This document shows, piece by piece, positions 1-7,974 of a stretch of DNA of 64,000 nucleotides. Origin of the DNA: a bacterium. Its GTDB lineage: Bacteria; Bacillota; Clostridia; TANB77; RGIG9151. A program made the position numbers and the translations under genes. The first letter of the stretch is position 1. Each line of letters begins with the position of its first letter. The notes under the pieces are model-generated. The model was not told where the DNA came from. It did not search any database and saw only the letters and a list, made by a program, of their open reading frames with translations. The DNA is taken from assembly GCA_963635575.1 (NCBI GenBank), contig CAVHFU010000003.1, positions 3,539 through 67,538 on the forward strand, read 5' to 3'.

Positions 1-399
1 TCTCAAGGGAAATTTTCATACAAGCCTAATTTGACAATAGACGGCAAATTAGAAACAGCATGGTTAGAAGGTGTAAAGGGAAACGGAATTGGTGAGTGGA
101 TATTGTATTCTTCAGAAAACAATCAAACAGTTTCTTCTATGACCATTTATAACGGTTATTTAAAAAATAACACAACCTATCTAAATAATGGCAGAATGAA
201 AAAGTTCTCATTAGAATTTTCAGATGGTACGATATTAACTTATGACATTGCAAAGGTTACCTTTAACGAAAGTAAAAAAGGATTTGAAATTAATTTTGAT
301 ACCTCCGTTACAACTTCCTCAGTAAAATTAACTGTCCTAGACGTATATAATGGTGCATACTATTCAGATTTAGCAATAAGTGAAATAAGTTTTAAGTAA
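1..399 (+). CDS. C-terminal fragment of a larger secreted protein (frame open to window edge); beta-sandwich/discoidin-like carbohydrate-binding-type C-terminal domain
   Basis: ORF frame has no stop between nt 1 and 30, so CDS continues upstream of window; TTG at 31 is probably internal. Tail ...YNGAYYSDLAISEISFK resembles F5/8-type-C/NPCBM-like domain ends. Followed by hairpin+T-run terminator. Confidence 0.45.
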   Translation, partial: SQGKFSYKPNLTIDGKLETAWLEGVKGNGIGEWILYSSENNQTVSSMTIYNGYLKNNTTYLNNGRMKKFSLEFSDGTILTYDIAKVTFNESKKGFEINFDTSVTTSSVKLTVLDVYNGAYYSDLAISEISFK

Positions 400-403
400 A
401 GAA

Positions 404-427
404 GAAGGTAGACTGCCTTCTTTTTTG
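404..427 (+). terminator. Rho-independent terminator (gaaggtagactgccttc + TTTTTT)
   Basis: Perfect 5-bp/GC-rich stem followed by T6 directly after stop codon of the partial CDS. Confidence 0.7.
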
Positions 428-448
428 CATTCCTCTCACTCTTTTATA

Positions 449-477
449 TTGATTTTATGTAAACATTATGGTATAAT
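449..477 (+). promoter_or_regulatory. sigma-A type promoter (TTGATT-17-TGgTATAAT, extended -10)
   Basis: -35 TTGATT 449-454, 17-nt spacer ending in TGG, -10 TATAAT 472-477; RBS AGGAGG at 524-529 precedes ATG 538. Confidence 0.5.
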
Positions 478-537
478 TTTATGTGAAGATTATATTTTAT
501 AATTATCCTATTTTTTATTTTCTAGGAGGTTTCGCAC

Positions 538-1179
538 ATGTTTGCCTTTTTCTTCATCCTCATTCTGCTGCTTGCCGTTGTCATTGTTAGCATGGGAATA
601 ACACTCCCAACAGGAATTTACGGTAGCAAAAAAACAAAGCATGAAGTAATCGTTATAGACTTCACGTTCTGCTGCGGACTGTTACTTTTAATGGTTCTTC
701 ACGCTTCGTATGCTGATAACACTTCCACAAAAGACATTTTAATACTGTTGATATCCATCTTCTACTGTATTTTCCATGGTTTAGTCGCATTTGTAAATAA
801 GAAAGTTAATTTATACATTAGTTTTGTATTGGCAATTGCAATTGCGATGCTTGCAATTTGGATATCTACTTCCGAAACATATACTCATAATGTTAGTGGA
901 AAGTATGAAATCAGTATCACAAACAGTATAGTTAGCATTGACTCAGACATCACACTTCCCAAAGAAGCCAATCTTCTAATTAATGAAGAAGCCGAAAACA
1001 TGAAAAAATTTGGTGCTACCTACTATGAGGGAAATATTTGTATAACTTATACGTGTAACACGCCAAAGTATGCAAATGAGCATGGTAAAACATGTACCTG
1101 CTCTAGTACGGAAATATGCACAATTTGCAGTAAGTATGTTTATGTATCAGACGTAGAACTCTCAAAGAAAATTAACTAA
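538..1179 (+). CDS. Hypothetical polytopic membrane protein with Cys-rich C-terminal tail (CITYTCN...CTCSSTEICTICSK)
   Basis: Strong RBS; 4-5 predicted hydrophobic helices; C-terminal CxxxC/CxC/CxxC cluster; no recognised family. Confidence 0.6.
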   Translation: MFAFFFILILLLAVVIVSMGITLPTGIYGSKKTKHEVIVIDFTFCCGLLLLMVLHASYADNTSTKDILILLISIFYCIFHGLVAFVNKKVNLYISFVLAIAIAMLAIWISTSETYTHNVSGKYEISITNSIVSIDSDITLPKEANLLINEEAENMKKFGATYYEGNICITYTCNTPKYANEHGKTCTCSSTEICTICSKYVYVSDVELSKKIN

Positions 1180-1182
1180 CGC

Positions 1183-1214
1183 AAAAAGAGATGTGCTTTG
1201 CACATCTCTTTTTG
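1183..1214. terminator. Bidirectional terminator between convergent membrane-protein gene and cadA
   Basis: aaagagatgtgc tttg gcacatctcttt perfect inverted repeat flanked by A-run and T-run. Confidence 0.75.
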
Positions 1215-3065
1215 CTAACCTTCCAATGCCCTAATAGCATTTAATATCGCTAAAATCATAACTCCTACATCCGCAAACACTGCAAACCACATACTCGCTA
1301 ATCCTAATGCTCCAAGGGCTAAAACTATCGCTTTTACCAGCAATGCAAAAGTTATATTTTCCTTAACTATACACATTGTCTTTCTAGAAATTCTAATTGC
1401 TTCAGCAATTTTAGTAGGCTTATCATCCATTAAAACTATATCTGCTGCCTCTATTGCCGCATCACTTCCTAATGCTCCCATCGCTATTCCCACATCTGCC
1501 CTAGCCAATACTGGTGCATCATTTACACCGTCACCGACAAATGCAAGTGTCGAACTACTATCTTTTTCACTAATTAATCTTTCAACAATTTCCACCTTAT
1601 TATCCGGCATAAGTTCAGCATATACTTCATCTAATTTCAATTCTTTTCCAACGCTTTCTCCTACGTCTTTTATATCTCCCGTAAGCATAACCGTCTTTTG
1701 AATACCAATACTCTTTAACTTATCAATAGCCTCATCAGAATCCTCTTTTATTTTATCCGAAATTACTATATGACCGGAATATACACCATTCACGGCTATA
1801 TGCACTATTGTTCCGGAATGTAGGCTACATTCATGCCATTCTACTTTTTCGCTCTCCATAAGCTTTCCATTTCCGGCAAGTACTGTTTTTCCATCTATGT
1901 TAGCCTTTATACCGAGCCCCGGCAATTCAGAAATTTCACCAATTTTGCTCTTATCTATATGCTCAGCATGAGCACGAACAATAGAATCTGCTATTGGGTG
2001 ATTAGAGTAGCTCTCAGCCATTGCAGCTATATCCAGTAATTCATCACCGGGCATATCTGTCGGATGAATTGCTGTAACCTCAAAATTCCCATATGTCAAT
2101 GTCCCTGTTTTATCAAACACAACAGTTTTTACTTTAGATAATGATTCTAAATAATTAGAACCCTTTATCAGTATTCCTTTTTTAGACGCTCCACCTATTC
2201 CACCAAAGAATGATAGTGGCACTGAAATAACTAATGCACATGGGCAAGATACTACCAAGAATATAAGCGCCCTATTTATCCATTCACTAAAACCTTCACC
2301 AAGCACAATTGGCGGGATAAGTGCAAGTAGTAACGCACAAATTACAACCGTAGGCGTATAGTATTTAGAGAACTTCGTTATAAAATTCTCTGCTTTTGCT
2401 TTCTTTGAAGATGAATTTTCAACCAAATTCAAAATCTTAGAAACAGTACTCTCACCATAGACACTAGAAACCTTTACTTTTATTAAAGCTCCTACATTAA
2501 TAGAGCCACTAACTACATTATCGCTTTTTCCCAAGTCACGAGGGCAGGATTCACCGGTTAGTGCCGCAGTATTTACAGTAGTAGTTCCTTCAATAATAAC
2601 ACCATCAAGTGGGATTTTTTCCCCAGGTCTTACTATGATTATTTCTCCTACTTTTACTTCATCCGGTGAAACATTAACTTCATTTCCCTCACGCAAAACA
2701 TTCGCTGAATCGGGTCTTATATCCATAAGGGCAGAAATTGATTTTCTGCTTTTCCCAACTGCAATTCCTTGAAACAATTCCCCTATTTGATAAAATAACA
2801 TTACCGCAACTGATTCAGGATATTCCTTTACAATTATTGCAACCACAGTTGCAAGCGCCATTAAGAAGTTTTCATCAAACAATTCACCTGCAAAAATATT
2901 TCTAACAGCCTTTATTACTACATCATAACCAATTATTAAATACGCGCCAAAGTAAAGTACTATTTTAATAGTCTCATTTATAGGTGTAAAAAACGCTATC
3001 CCGAAAAGTATAGACGCTATAATAATTCTACCTAAAACTTTCTTTTGTTTTTTAGTCATATTCAT
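1215..3065 (-). CDS. cadA: Heavy-metal (Cd/Zn/Co-type) translocating P1B-type ATPase
   Basis: CPC metal-binding TM motif (SCPCALVISVP), DKTGTLT phosphorylation site, GDGVNDAP hinge, 616 aa, 8 TM; operon with HMA chaperone and ArsR repressor. Confidence 0.9.
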   Translation of the reverse strand: MNMTKKQKKVLGRIIIASILFGIAFFTPINETIKIVLYFGAYLIIGYDVVIKAVRNIFAGELFDENFLMALATVVAIIVKEYPESVAVMLFYQIGELFQGIAVGKSRKSISALMDIRPDSANVLREGNEVNVSPDEVKVGEIIIVRPGEKIPLDGVIIEGTTTVNTAALTGESCPRDLGKSDNVVSGSINVGALIKVKVSSVYGESTVSKILNLVENSSSKKAKAENFITKFSKYYTPTVVICALLLALIPPIVLGEGFSEWINRALIFLVVSCPCALVISVPLSFFGGIGGASKKGILIKGSNYLESLSKVKTVVFDKTGTLTYGNFEVTAIHPTDMPGDELLDIAAMAESYSNHPIADSIVRAHAEHIDKSKIGEISELPGLGIKANIDGKTVLAGNGKLMESEKVEWHECSLHSGTIVHIAVNGVYSGHIVISDKIKEDSDEAIDKLKSIGIQKTVMLTGDIKDVGESVGKELKLDEVYAELMPDNKVEIVERLISEKDSSSTLAFVGDGVNDAPVLARADVGIAMGALGSDAAIEAADIVLMDDKPTKIAEAIRISRKTMCIVKENITFALLVKAIVLALGALGLASMWFAVFADVGVMILAILNAIRALEG

Positions 3066-3071
3066 TCTCCT

Positions 3072-3290
3072 CTAAAGTAATATTGTGCAATCAGGTTCTA
3101 TTTTCTTACAAACCTTAACAACCTCTTTCATCACTTTATCAAACACTTCATCATCCGCCTCTATCGTAAGCTTTTGCATTACGTAGCTTACATTTGCATC
3201 TTTTACGCCCTCTATTTTCTTAAAACTTTCTTCTAACTTCATTGCACAATTTGCACAATCAAGTTCTTCCATTTCAAATGTCTTTTTCAT
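3072..3290 (-). CDS. Heavy-metal-associated (HMA) domain metallochaperone
   Basis: 72 aa, MxCxxC-type motif (LDCANCAMKLE) typical of HMA/CopZ-like domains; sits between cadC-like and cadA. Confidence 0.8.
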   Translation of the reverse strand: MKKTFEMEELDCANCAMKLEESFKKIEGVKDANVSYVMQKLTIEADDEVFDKVMKEVVKVCKKIEPDCTILL

Positions 3291-3292
3291 AA

Positions 3293-3628
3293 TTATTCCT
3301 CCTCTGTCAAATGATTATACCCTTGCCCTATTATGAGCCTTACATGCTCATCTGCTAAATAGTATATGTTAGACTTGCCCTCTCGCCTACTTGCTACGAG
3401 CTTGGCATCCTTTAATATTTTTAGTTGATGAGAAATAGCCGATTGCTCCATTTTAAGCAAATTAGCAATTGCACATACACACAATTCAGATTCAAATAAA
3501 GAATAAAGAATTTTTATTCGAGTAGTATCACCAAATAACTTAAAAAGGTCTCCCAAATCACATAGTATATTATCTGATGGCATATTAGAAATTACCTTAT
3601 TTAATACTTCGTCATGATTATGCTTCAT
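3293..3628 (-). CDS. cadC: ArsR/SmtB-family metal-sensing transcriptional repressor (CadC-like)
   Basis: 111 aa, ELCVCAIANLL metal-binding alpha-3 motif and wHTH (QSAISHQLKILKDAKLV); heads cad operon. Confidence 0.85.
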   Translation of the reverse strand: MKHNHDEVLNKVISNMPSDNILCDLGDLFKLFGDTTRIKILYSLFESELCVCAIANLLKMEQSAISHQLKILKDAKLVASRREGKSNIYYLADEHVRLIIGQGYNHLTEEE

Positions 3629-3700
3629 ATAATGAATCTCCTTTCATATGTCTATCTATTCATATGATAATATATTCATATATACTTGTCAAGTATGTTT
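3629..3700 (-). promoter_or_regulatory. cad operon promoter with candidate ArsR-family operator (TCATATGA palindromic half-sites, repeated TATTCATAT)
   Basis: On minus strand: consensus -35 TTGACA followed ~17 nt later by TATCAT/TTATCA; two copies of catatgaata and self-complementary TCATATGA overlap the -10 region. Confidence 0.4.
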
Positions 3701-3741
3701 TTTAAAAAAGAGTTGCAAAAAACATTCTTTTTACAACTCTT
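3696..3741 (-). terminator. Rho-independent terminator of spoIIE
   Basis: aagagttgcaaaa...ttttacaactctt 13-bp inverted repeat (1 mismatch) followed on minus strand by T-run. Confidence 0.7.
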
Positions 3742-3747
3742 CTGTGT

Positions 3748-5964
3748 TTATTCACTTATTTTCGTAACTATAATAGATATATCATCCTTAATATCTCCAT
3801 TATAATTATCTATCGTCTTTTCCAGTAGTTCCTCTGCAATTATCTTTGGATCTGTAATATCAAGTTCGCGTAAAAAACTAGATACCCAAAACTCTTTATT
3901 TATTACATTCCTTTTAGAATCAATAACACCATCAGACACCAAAACAATAATATCCCCTACATCTAAATTATATCTTTTTTGGAAAAACTCAACATTATCA
4001 AAAATCCCAAGTGGCAACGTGTCACATGAAATAATGTCTACATTCTTTCCCTTTATAACAAAAGTTGGGGCACTTCCTACCTTTAAAAATTCACATTCTC
4101 CGGTAAGTAAATCAATAGACATAGCATCTAAAGTAACGATTTTTTCTGTCTTTGAAATATAGCCCATAAAAGAATTAATCATATTAGTTATGGTTCCAAC
4201 GCTTATACCCGTCTTAGACATCTGAGCAAACATCTCAACCAACGCTGAACTAACCTTAGATGCCTCATACCCAGTTCCCATACCGTCACTTAATATAGCC
4301 ATATATTTATTTTCTTCACTATCCACAATTTTATAGCTGTCCCCTATAATTGACTCGTTATCTGCCTTCTTAGTAATAACTTCCGATTCAGCTTTTAGTA
4401 CTCCTTTATTTCTAAAAATCATCATGTCCTTTTTCTCATCAGCAATGACCATTCTTCTATTCAAATTTTTTGACAAAATATTATTAGCTATTAACAGGAA
4501 ACCAACTTTAGGCAAATCCTCTTCCATTTTAAGTAAAACTTCGCACTCTTTATCATTCACCTCAACATTTAGCTTTTCTATCTTTATATTTTCTTTTTCA
4601 AACGCATTTATAATTTTTTCATCTATGCTTTCTGCTTTATCTTCGTAAATTTTGTCCTTCATTTGAGTAATATACTGAGAAAAGCCTTTAAACTGATTAG
4701 AAACACATTGCTTTAACACATTAAAAGGCTCGTCCTTTTTTCCGGATTTAAACCTCTCATATTTGCTTGTTATCTTATCCAATATCTCTCTACTATTGTT
4801 ACATGAACTCATATTAAGAAAACTCCCTTCCTCTATTGTCTCATTATCCTCCAATTTTTCAATAACATTAAAAATTTCATCTGATGTTTCATCATAATTC
4901 TTGTCCCAACATTCATCATAATTATCGCAGGAAAAACATATATCTTCCTTTATATCATCAAACACATCTAACTCCTCATCCGGCTCCAACTCAAAGTCAT
5001 CAATCAACTCTGATATCGAGAACATACTCCCAGACGACATTTCAAGCTGTTTCATTGCTGAATCATCTGCCGATGGCAATGCAATAGCATCAGAAGTAAA
5101 CATTATAAGTTCGTCCATTTTACCTTTACAAGATGCATAAAATAAACTACTTGCAAGTAATATTTCAAGATATTTCATAATTAGTGAATTATACCCCATA
5201 ATGTAGTAAGCAAGTATACTGTTACCAAGCAAAAATCCCCATATTTGTGTCATTTTACCCTTTTCTTTAAACATTCCCGCACAAAATCCGCCAAGGGATA
5301 ATGAAATTATAGACACACCCATATTAGGGTTCGAGATTTCATTTATAGTTCCAAGTATTAATCCAGCAATTGATGCATGTTTTATTCCATTCATATATGC
5401 TAGCATAAGTACGACATATGCACAAAAAACATTTTTTAAATTAACAGAAAAAATAGTTATATCCTGAAATCCACAAAGCATCAAGCCAATCGCCACAATT
5501 GCATATAAAAATTCCTTATCTGTAAGTTCATTGTTCATATCTTTAACTTTACTAAACAATATATATCCACCGACTATCGCAATTCCCTTAACAATAGCAA
5601 CAATCACGTCATAAACCAATCTTCCTTCAAAGGCACACCAAAGCAGTTCCGCCACAAAACCGGCAAAGAACAAATATGCGTACATATCATTTTTCATTTT
5701 AAAGTTAAGTGCCTTAAATACACTTACTATTGAATAAAGCAATATTACACTAATTCCAAATCTAATTGAACTAAGCCAAGAAAACCTTAATGCTATTGAA
5801 AGTGCAGATAATATGTACAATGCAATTTTCTTTTTAACATTTTCATCTTGCTCTATAAACCCAATAACAAACGGAATTTGCACTCCTAAGAACTTTGTCC
5901 CGCTAAGCAATATTGCCCCTACAACTTGTACAACAATAGCCCCACTAATATTTAAGATATTCAT
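3748..5964 (-). CDS. spoIIE: Stage II sporulation protein E (membrane-anchored PP2C phosphatase)
   Basis: 738 aa; ~10 N-terminal TM helices; C-terminal PP2C domain (ILSDGMGTGYEAS..., VLVSDGV); Spo0A box upstream. Confidence 0.9.
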   Translation of the reverse strand: MNILNISGAIVVQVVGAILLSGTKFLGVQIPFVIGFIEQDENVKKKIALYILSALSIALRFSWLSSIRFGISVILLYSIVSVFKALNFKMKNDMYAYLFFAGFVAELLWCAFEGRLVYDVIVAIVKGIAIVGGYILFSKVKDMNNELTDKEFLYAIVAIGLMLCGFQDITIFSVNLKNVFCAYVVLMLAYMNGIKHASIAGLILGTINEISNPNMGVSIISLSLGGFCAGMFKEKGKMTQIWGFLLGNSILAYYIMGYNSLIMKYLEILLASSLFYASCKGKMDELIMFTSDAIALPSADDSAMKQLEMSSGSMFSISELIDDFELEPDEELDVFDDIKEDICFSCDNYDECWDKNYDETSDEIFNVIEKLEDNETIEEGSFLNMSSCNNSREILDKITSKYERFKSGKKDEPFNVLKQCVSNQFKGFSQYITQMKDKIYEDKAESIDEKIINAFEKENIKIEKLNVEVNDKECEVLLKMEEDLPKVGFLLIANNILSKNLNRRMVIADEKKDMMIFRNKGVLKAESEVITKKADNESIIGDSYKIVDSEENKYMAILSDGMGTGYEASKVSSALVEMFAQMSKTGISVGTITNMINSFMGYISKTEKIVTLDAMSIDLLTGECEFLKVGSAPTFVIKGKNVDIISCDTLPLGIFDNVEFFQKRYNLDVGDIIVLVSDGVIDSKRNVINKEFWVSSFLRELDITDPKIIAEELLEKTIDNYNGDIKDDISIIVTKISE

Positions 5965-6047
5965 TTCATTGACCTCCTAACAAGTGAAACTATATACTAA
6001 ACAACATAAAAAAGCCTGTCACATAATGGCAGGCTAAAACCAAAACT

Positions 6048-6054
6048 TTCGACA
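6048..6054 (-). promoter_or_regulatory. Spo0A box (TGTCGAA) in spoIIE promoter region
   Basis: Exact 0A-box heptamer on minus strand ~85 nt upstream of spoIIE start; adjacent hairpin gcctgtcacataatggcaggc. Confidence 0.4.
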
Positions 6055-6112
6055 GTATCAAGCTCGCTTTCTACCTATAAGACAAAAACTTATGATAATT
6101 TTATCTAAACAA

Positions 6113-6140
6113 ATAAGACGCACTATAAAAGTGCGCCTTA
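6113..6140. terminator. Terminator downstream of PP2C-like gene (aagacgcact ataaaa agtgcgcctt)
   Basis: 8-bp GC-containing stem + T-run on minus strand. Confidence 0.55.
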
Positions 6141-6144
6141 TTTG

Positions 6145-6780
6145 TCAAATCACAAATGCAACAATCGTCTGATTGTCCATACTTCCCGTTTTTCTTGATT
6201 CCTCAATTACTGACATGCAAAAATCACTCATATACGGATTACATTTCCACATTTCTTCAATTAACGAATCAGTCAACATACCATATGCACCATCCGTACA
6301 CATGAAAATAATGTCTCCATTATGCGTAGGAAGAGTACATCTATGTCTTTCGGACAACGTATTTTCACTTGTCAAAGAAACTACTTCAGACGTTTTTATC
6401 AAATTACTATTGCCTGTAAATTGATATAACACGCCTTCTCGGATAAGATATACTCGATTCGTTCCACAGCACTCAATTGTGACATTATCGTTATGAAATC
6501 TGCAGGTGCAAAAATCGAATTCTTCATCATCGTCTTGGGGTTCACAAATCTTTTTTAAATATTCCTTAATTCTCTTTATTGACGAGCGAAAATTACTTTT
6601 CCCCAAAGGTTTAATAAATGCTGACGGCATTCTGTTTTGTTTCGCCTTCATACCATCGCAAACTGTTATCAACAGATCTCCATCAACATTTCCATAAAAA
6701 AACTTATCAAAGTTTTTGGTTCTTCCGTTAGCACAAGAATAAGCAAAATCAGTCATTTTTCTTTCCTCTTCTAAAAGCAA
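6145..6780 (-). CDS. Small PP2C-family Ser/Thr phosphatase-like protein, Cys-rich insert
   Basis: LLITVCDGM (motif 2), IIFMCTDGAYGMLTD, MDNQTIVAFVI (DN...V motif) = PP2C signature; 211 aa; CxC/CC cluster in middle; adjacent to spoIIE. Confidence 0.55.
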   Translation of the reverse strand: MLLEEERKMTDFAYSCANGRTKNFDKFFYGNVDGDLLITVCDGMKAKQNRMPSAFIKPLGKSNFRSSIKRIKEYLKKICEPQDDDEEFDFCTCRFHNDNVTIECCGTNRVYLIREGVLYQFTGNSNLIKTSEVVSLTSENTLSERHRCTLPTHNGDIIFMCTDGAYGMLTDSLIEEMWKCNPYMSDFCMSVIEESRKTGSMDNQTIVAFVI

Positions 6781-6967
6781 TATTTTTTACTATCAGTATC
6801 CAAGCAATAAAAAAACATTGCTTTTATGGAATACTAAGTATGTTTAAATTATACTATTGTTTAGTTCTTATGTCAAACATACTGCTTTTTCAAATTATTT
6901 TTTGCAAAAGTGTTAAGTTTTTTTTAGTCTTGCCGATACAGTTTATGTAAGGGAAGAAAATTTAGTT

Positions 6968-7062
6968 TGAAAAAGGCAAACTTGATGAAAGTCAAGGACG
7001 CAAAGCCACGAGGCTAAAGCTAAAAGCTATGCCAGTCGGGTTGCCAAATTACCGTTAACCTC
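6968..7062 (+). promoter_or_regulatory. c-di-GMP-I (GEMM) riboswitch aptamer
   Basis: GGCAAAC, P1b hairpin cttgat-GAAA-gtcaag (GNRA loop), invariant GGACGCAAAGCC, GGCTAAAGC / GCCAGTCGGGTTGCC matching Vc2-type consensus (GGACGCAAAGCC...GGCCUAAACC...GUAGCGGGGUUACC). Confidence 0.7.
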
Positions 7063-7099
7063 TTAGGGCCAAGGTAGTTGGCACTAGGAGGTTTTTATT
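7063..7099 (+). promoter_or_regulatory. Riboswitch expression platform: hairpin cctcttag...ctaggagg sequestering RBS, followed by T5 then ATG
   Basis: 8-bp helix (one G-U) whose 3' arm is the AGGAGG Shine-Dalgarno; TTTTTATT after it - could act as terminator and/or RBS-occluder. Confidence 0.45.
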
Positions 7100-7930
7100 A
7101 TGAAAAAAATATTCTCAATTCTGATTTCACTATTTTTATATACGACAGTTTCATTTGCTGATGATAGAGTAGCTTTAATGTACAACATTATTCCTGATGA
7201 TGATTCAAAAAATAATTCTATCATTGATTCAAGAATTCAAAAGAAATTAGGTTTTAAGCTATTTAGAACTCAGAGTGCTATTTATTTTAATTCTCAAGAA
7301 GTTAATGTAGTTAATGGAAGATTTGAAATCGACTTAAATGGTTTAATCGGAAAACAAGAATTAAAATTCACAAATGACCAAAACGAAGAAATGATTTTTA
7401 CATATTACATATCTGATGAAAAAGGATTAGTAAAAGACTATATGTTAGAAAACAAACAGGTTTATGTAAAAGCACTAGAAAACACAAAAATAATTTATAC
7501 TTCTAAAGATGCTAAGAAAATTGACTATGTTATAGAATTAATTAAAAAAATGCCAGAAGTAACAAAAACTAACTTAAAAGAAATCACCTTATTACCTACC
7601 AAACATATTTCAAAAGCAGCCGGTATCACAAACTACAATAAAGTAACGTTATATAGCCTATCTACTTATACAGACAAAGAAATTCAAAGAATTGTTACAC
7701 ACGAAATTGCTCATACTTGGGCACATGAACTTAGAAAAGCTAAAATCATTGATTACTCTTATACAAGCTTCGGTAGTGCAGTTAAAGCAGATGGTAACGC
7801 AGTTACAGATTATAGCAAAAATTCACTTAGTGAAGATTTTGCAGATAGTGTAGCTCTTTACTTAGCAAATGCAGATTCTTTCACAAAGAACTTCCCAGCA
7901 AGAGCTAATTACATTGCAAATTTATTTTAG
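7100..7930 (+). CDS. Secreted PPEP-like (Pro-Pro endopeptidase / M34 anthrax-LF-like) zinc metalloprotease
   Basis: Signal peptide (MKKIFSILISLFLYTTVSFA); HEIAHTWAH = HExxHxxxH as in PPEP-1 HETAHAIDH; downstream SEDFADSVALYLAN matches PPEP-1 EEFFAESFAYYYLN (third Zn ligand Glu). Under c-di-GMP-I riboswitch like C. difficile zmp1. Confidence 0.7.
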   Translation: MKKIFSILISLFLYTTVSFADDRVALMYNIIPDDDSKNNSIIDSRIQKKLGFKLFRTQSAIYFNSQEVNVVNGRFEIDLNGLIGKQELKFTNDQNEEMIFTYYISDEKGLVKDYMLENKQVYVKALENTKIIYTSKDAKKIDYVIELIKKMPEVTKTNLKEITLLPTKHISKAAGITNYNKVTLYSLSTYTDKEIQRIVTHEIAHTWAHELRKAKIIDYSYTSFGSAVKADGNAVTDYSKNSLSEDFADSVALYLANADSFTKNFPARANYIANLF

Positions 7931-7935
7931 GGTAT

Positions 7936-7967
7936 AAAAAATAGAGTGAGAAATCACTCTATTTTTT
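7936..7967. terminator. Bidirectional terminator between protease gene and giant SLH protein gene
   Basis: aaaaatagagtga gaaa tcactctatttttt perfect stem flanked by A- and T-runs. Confidence 0.8.
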
Positions 7968-7974
7968 ATGCATT

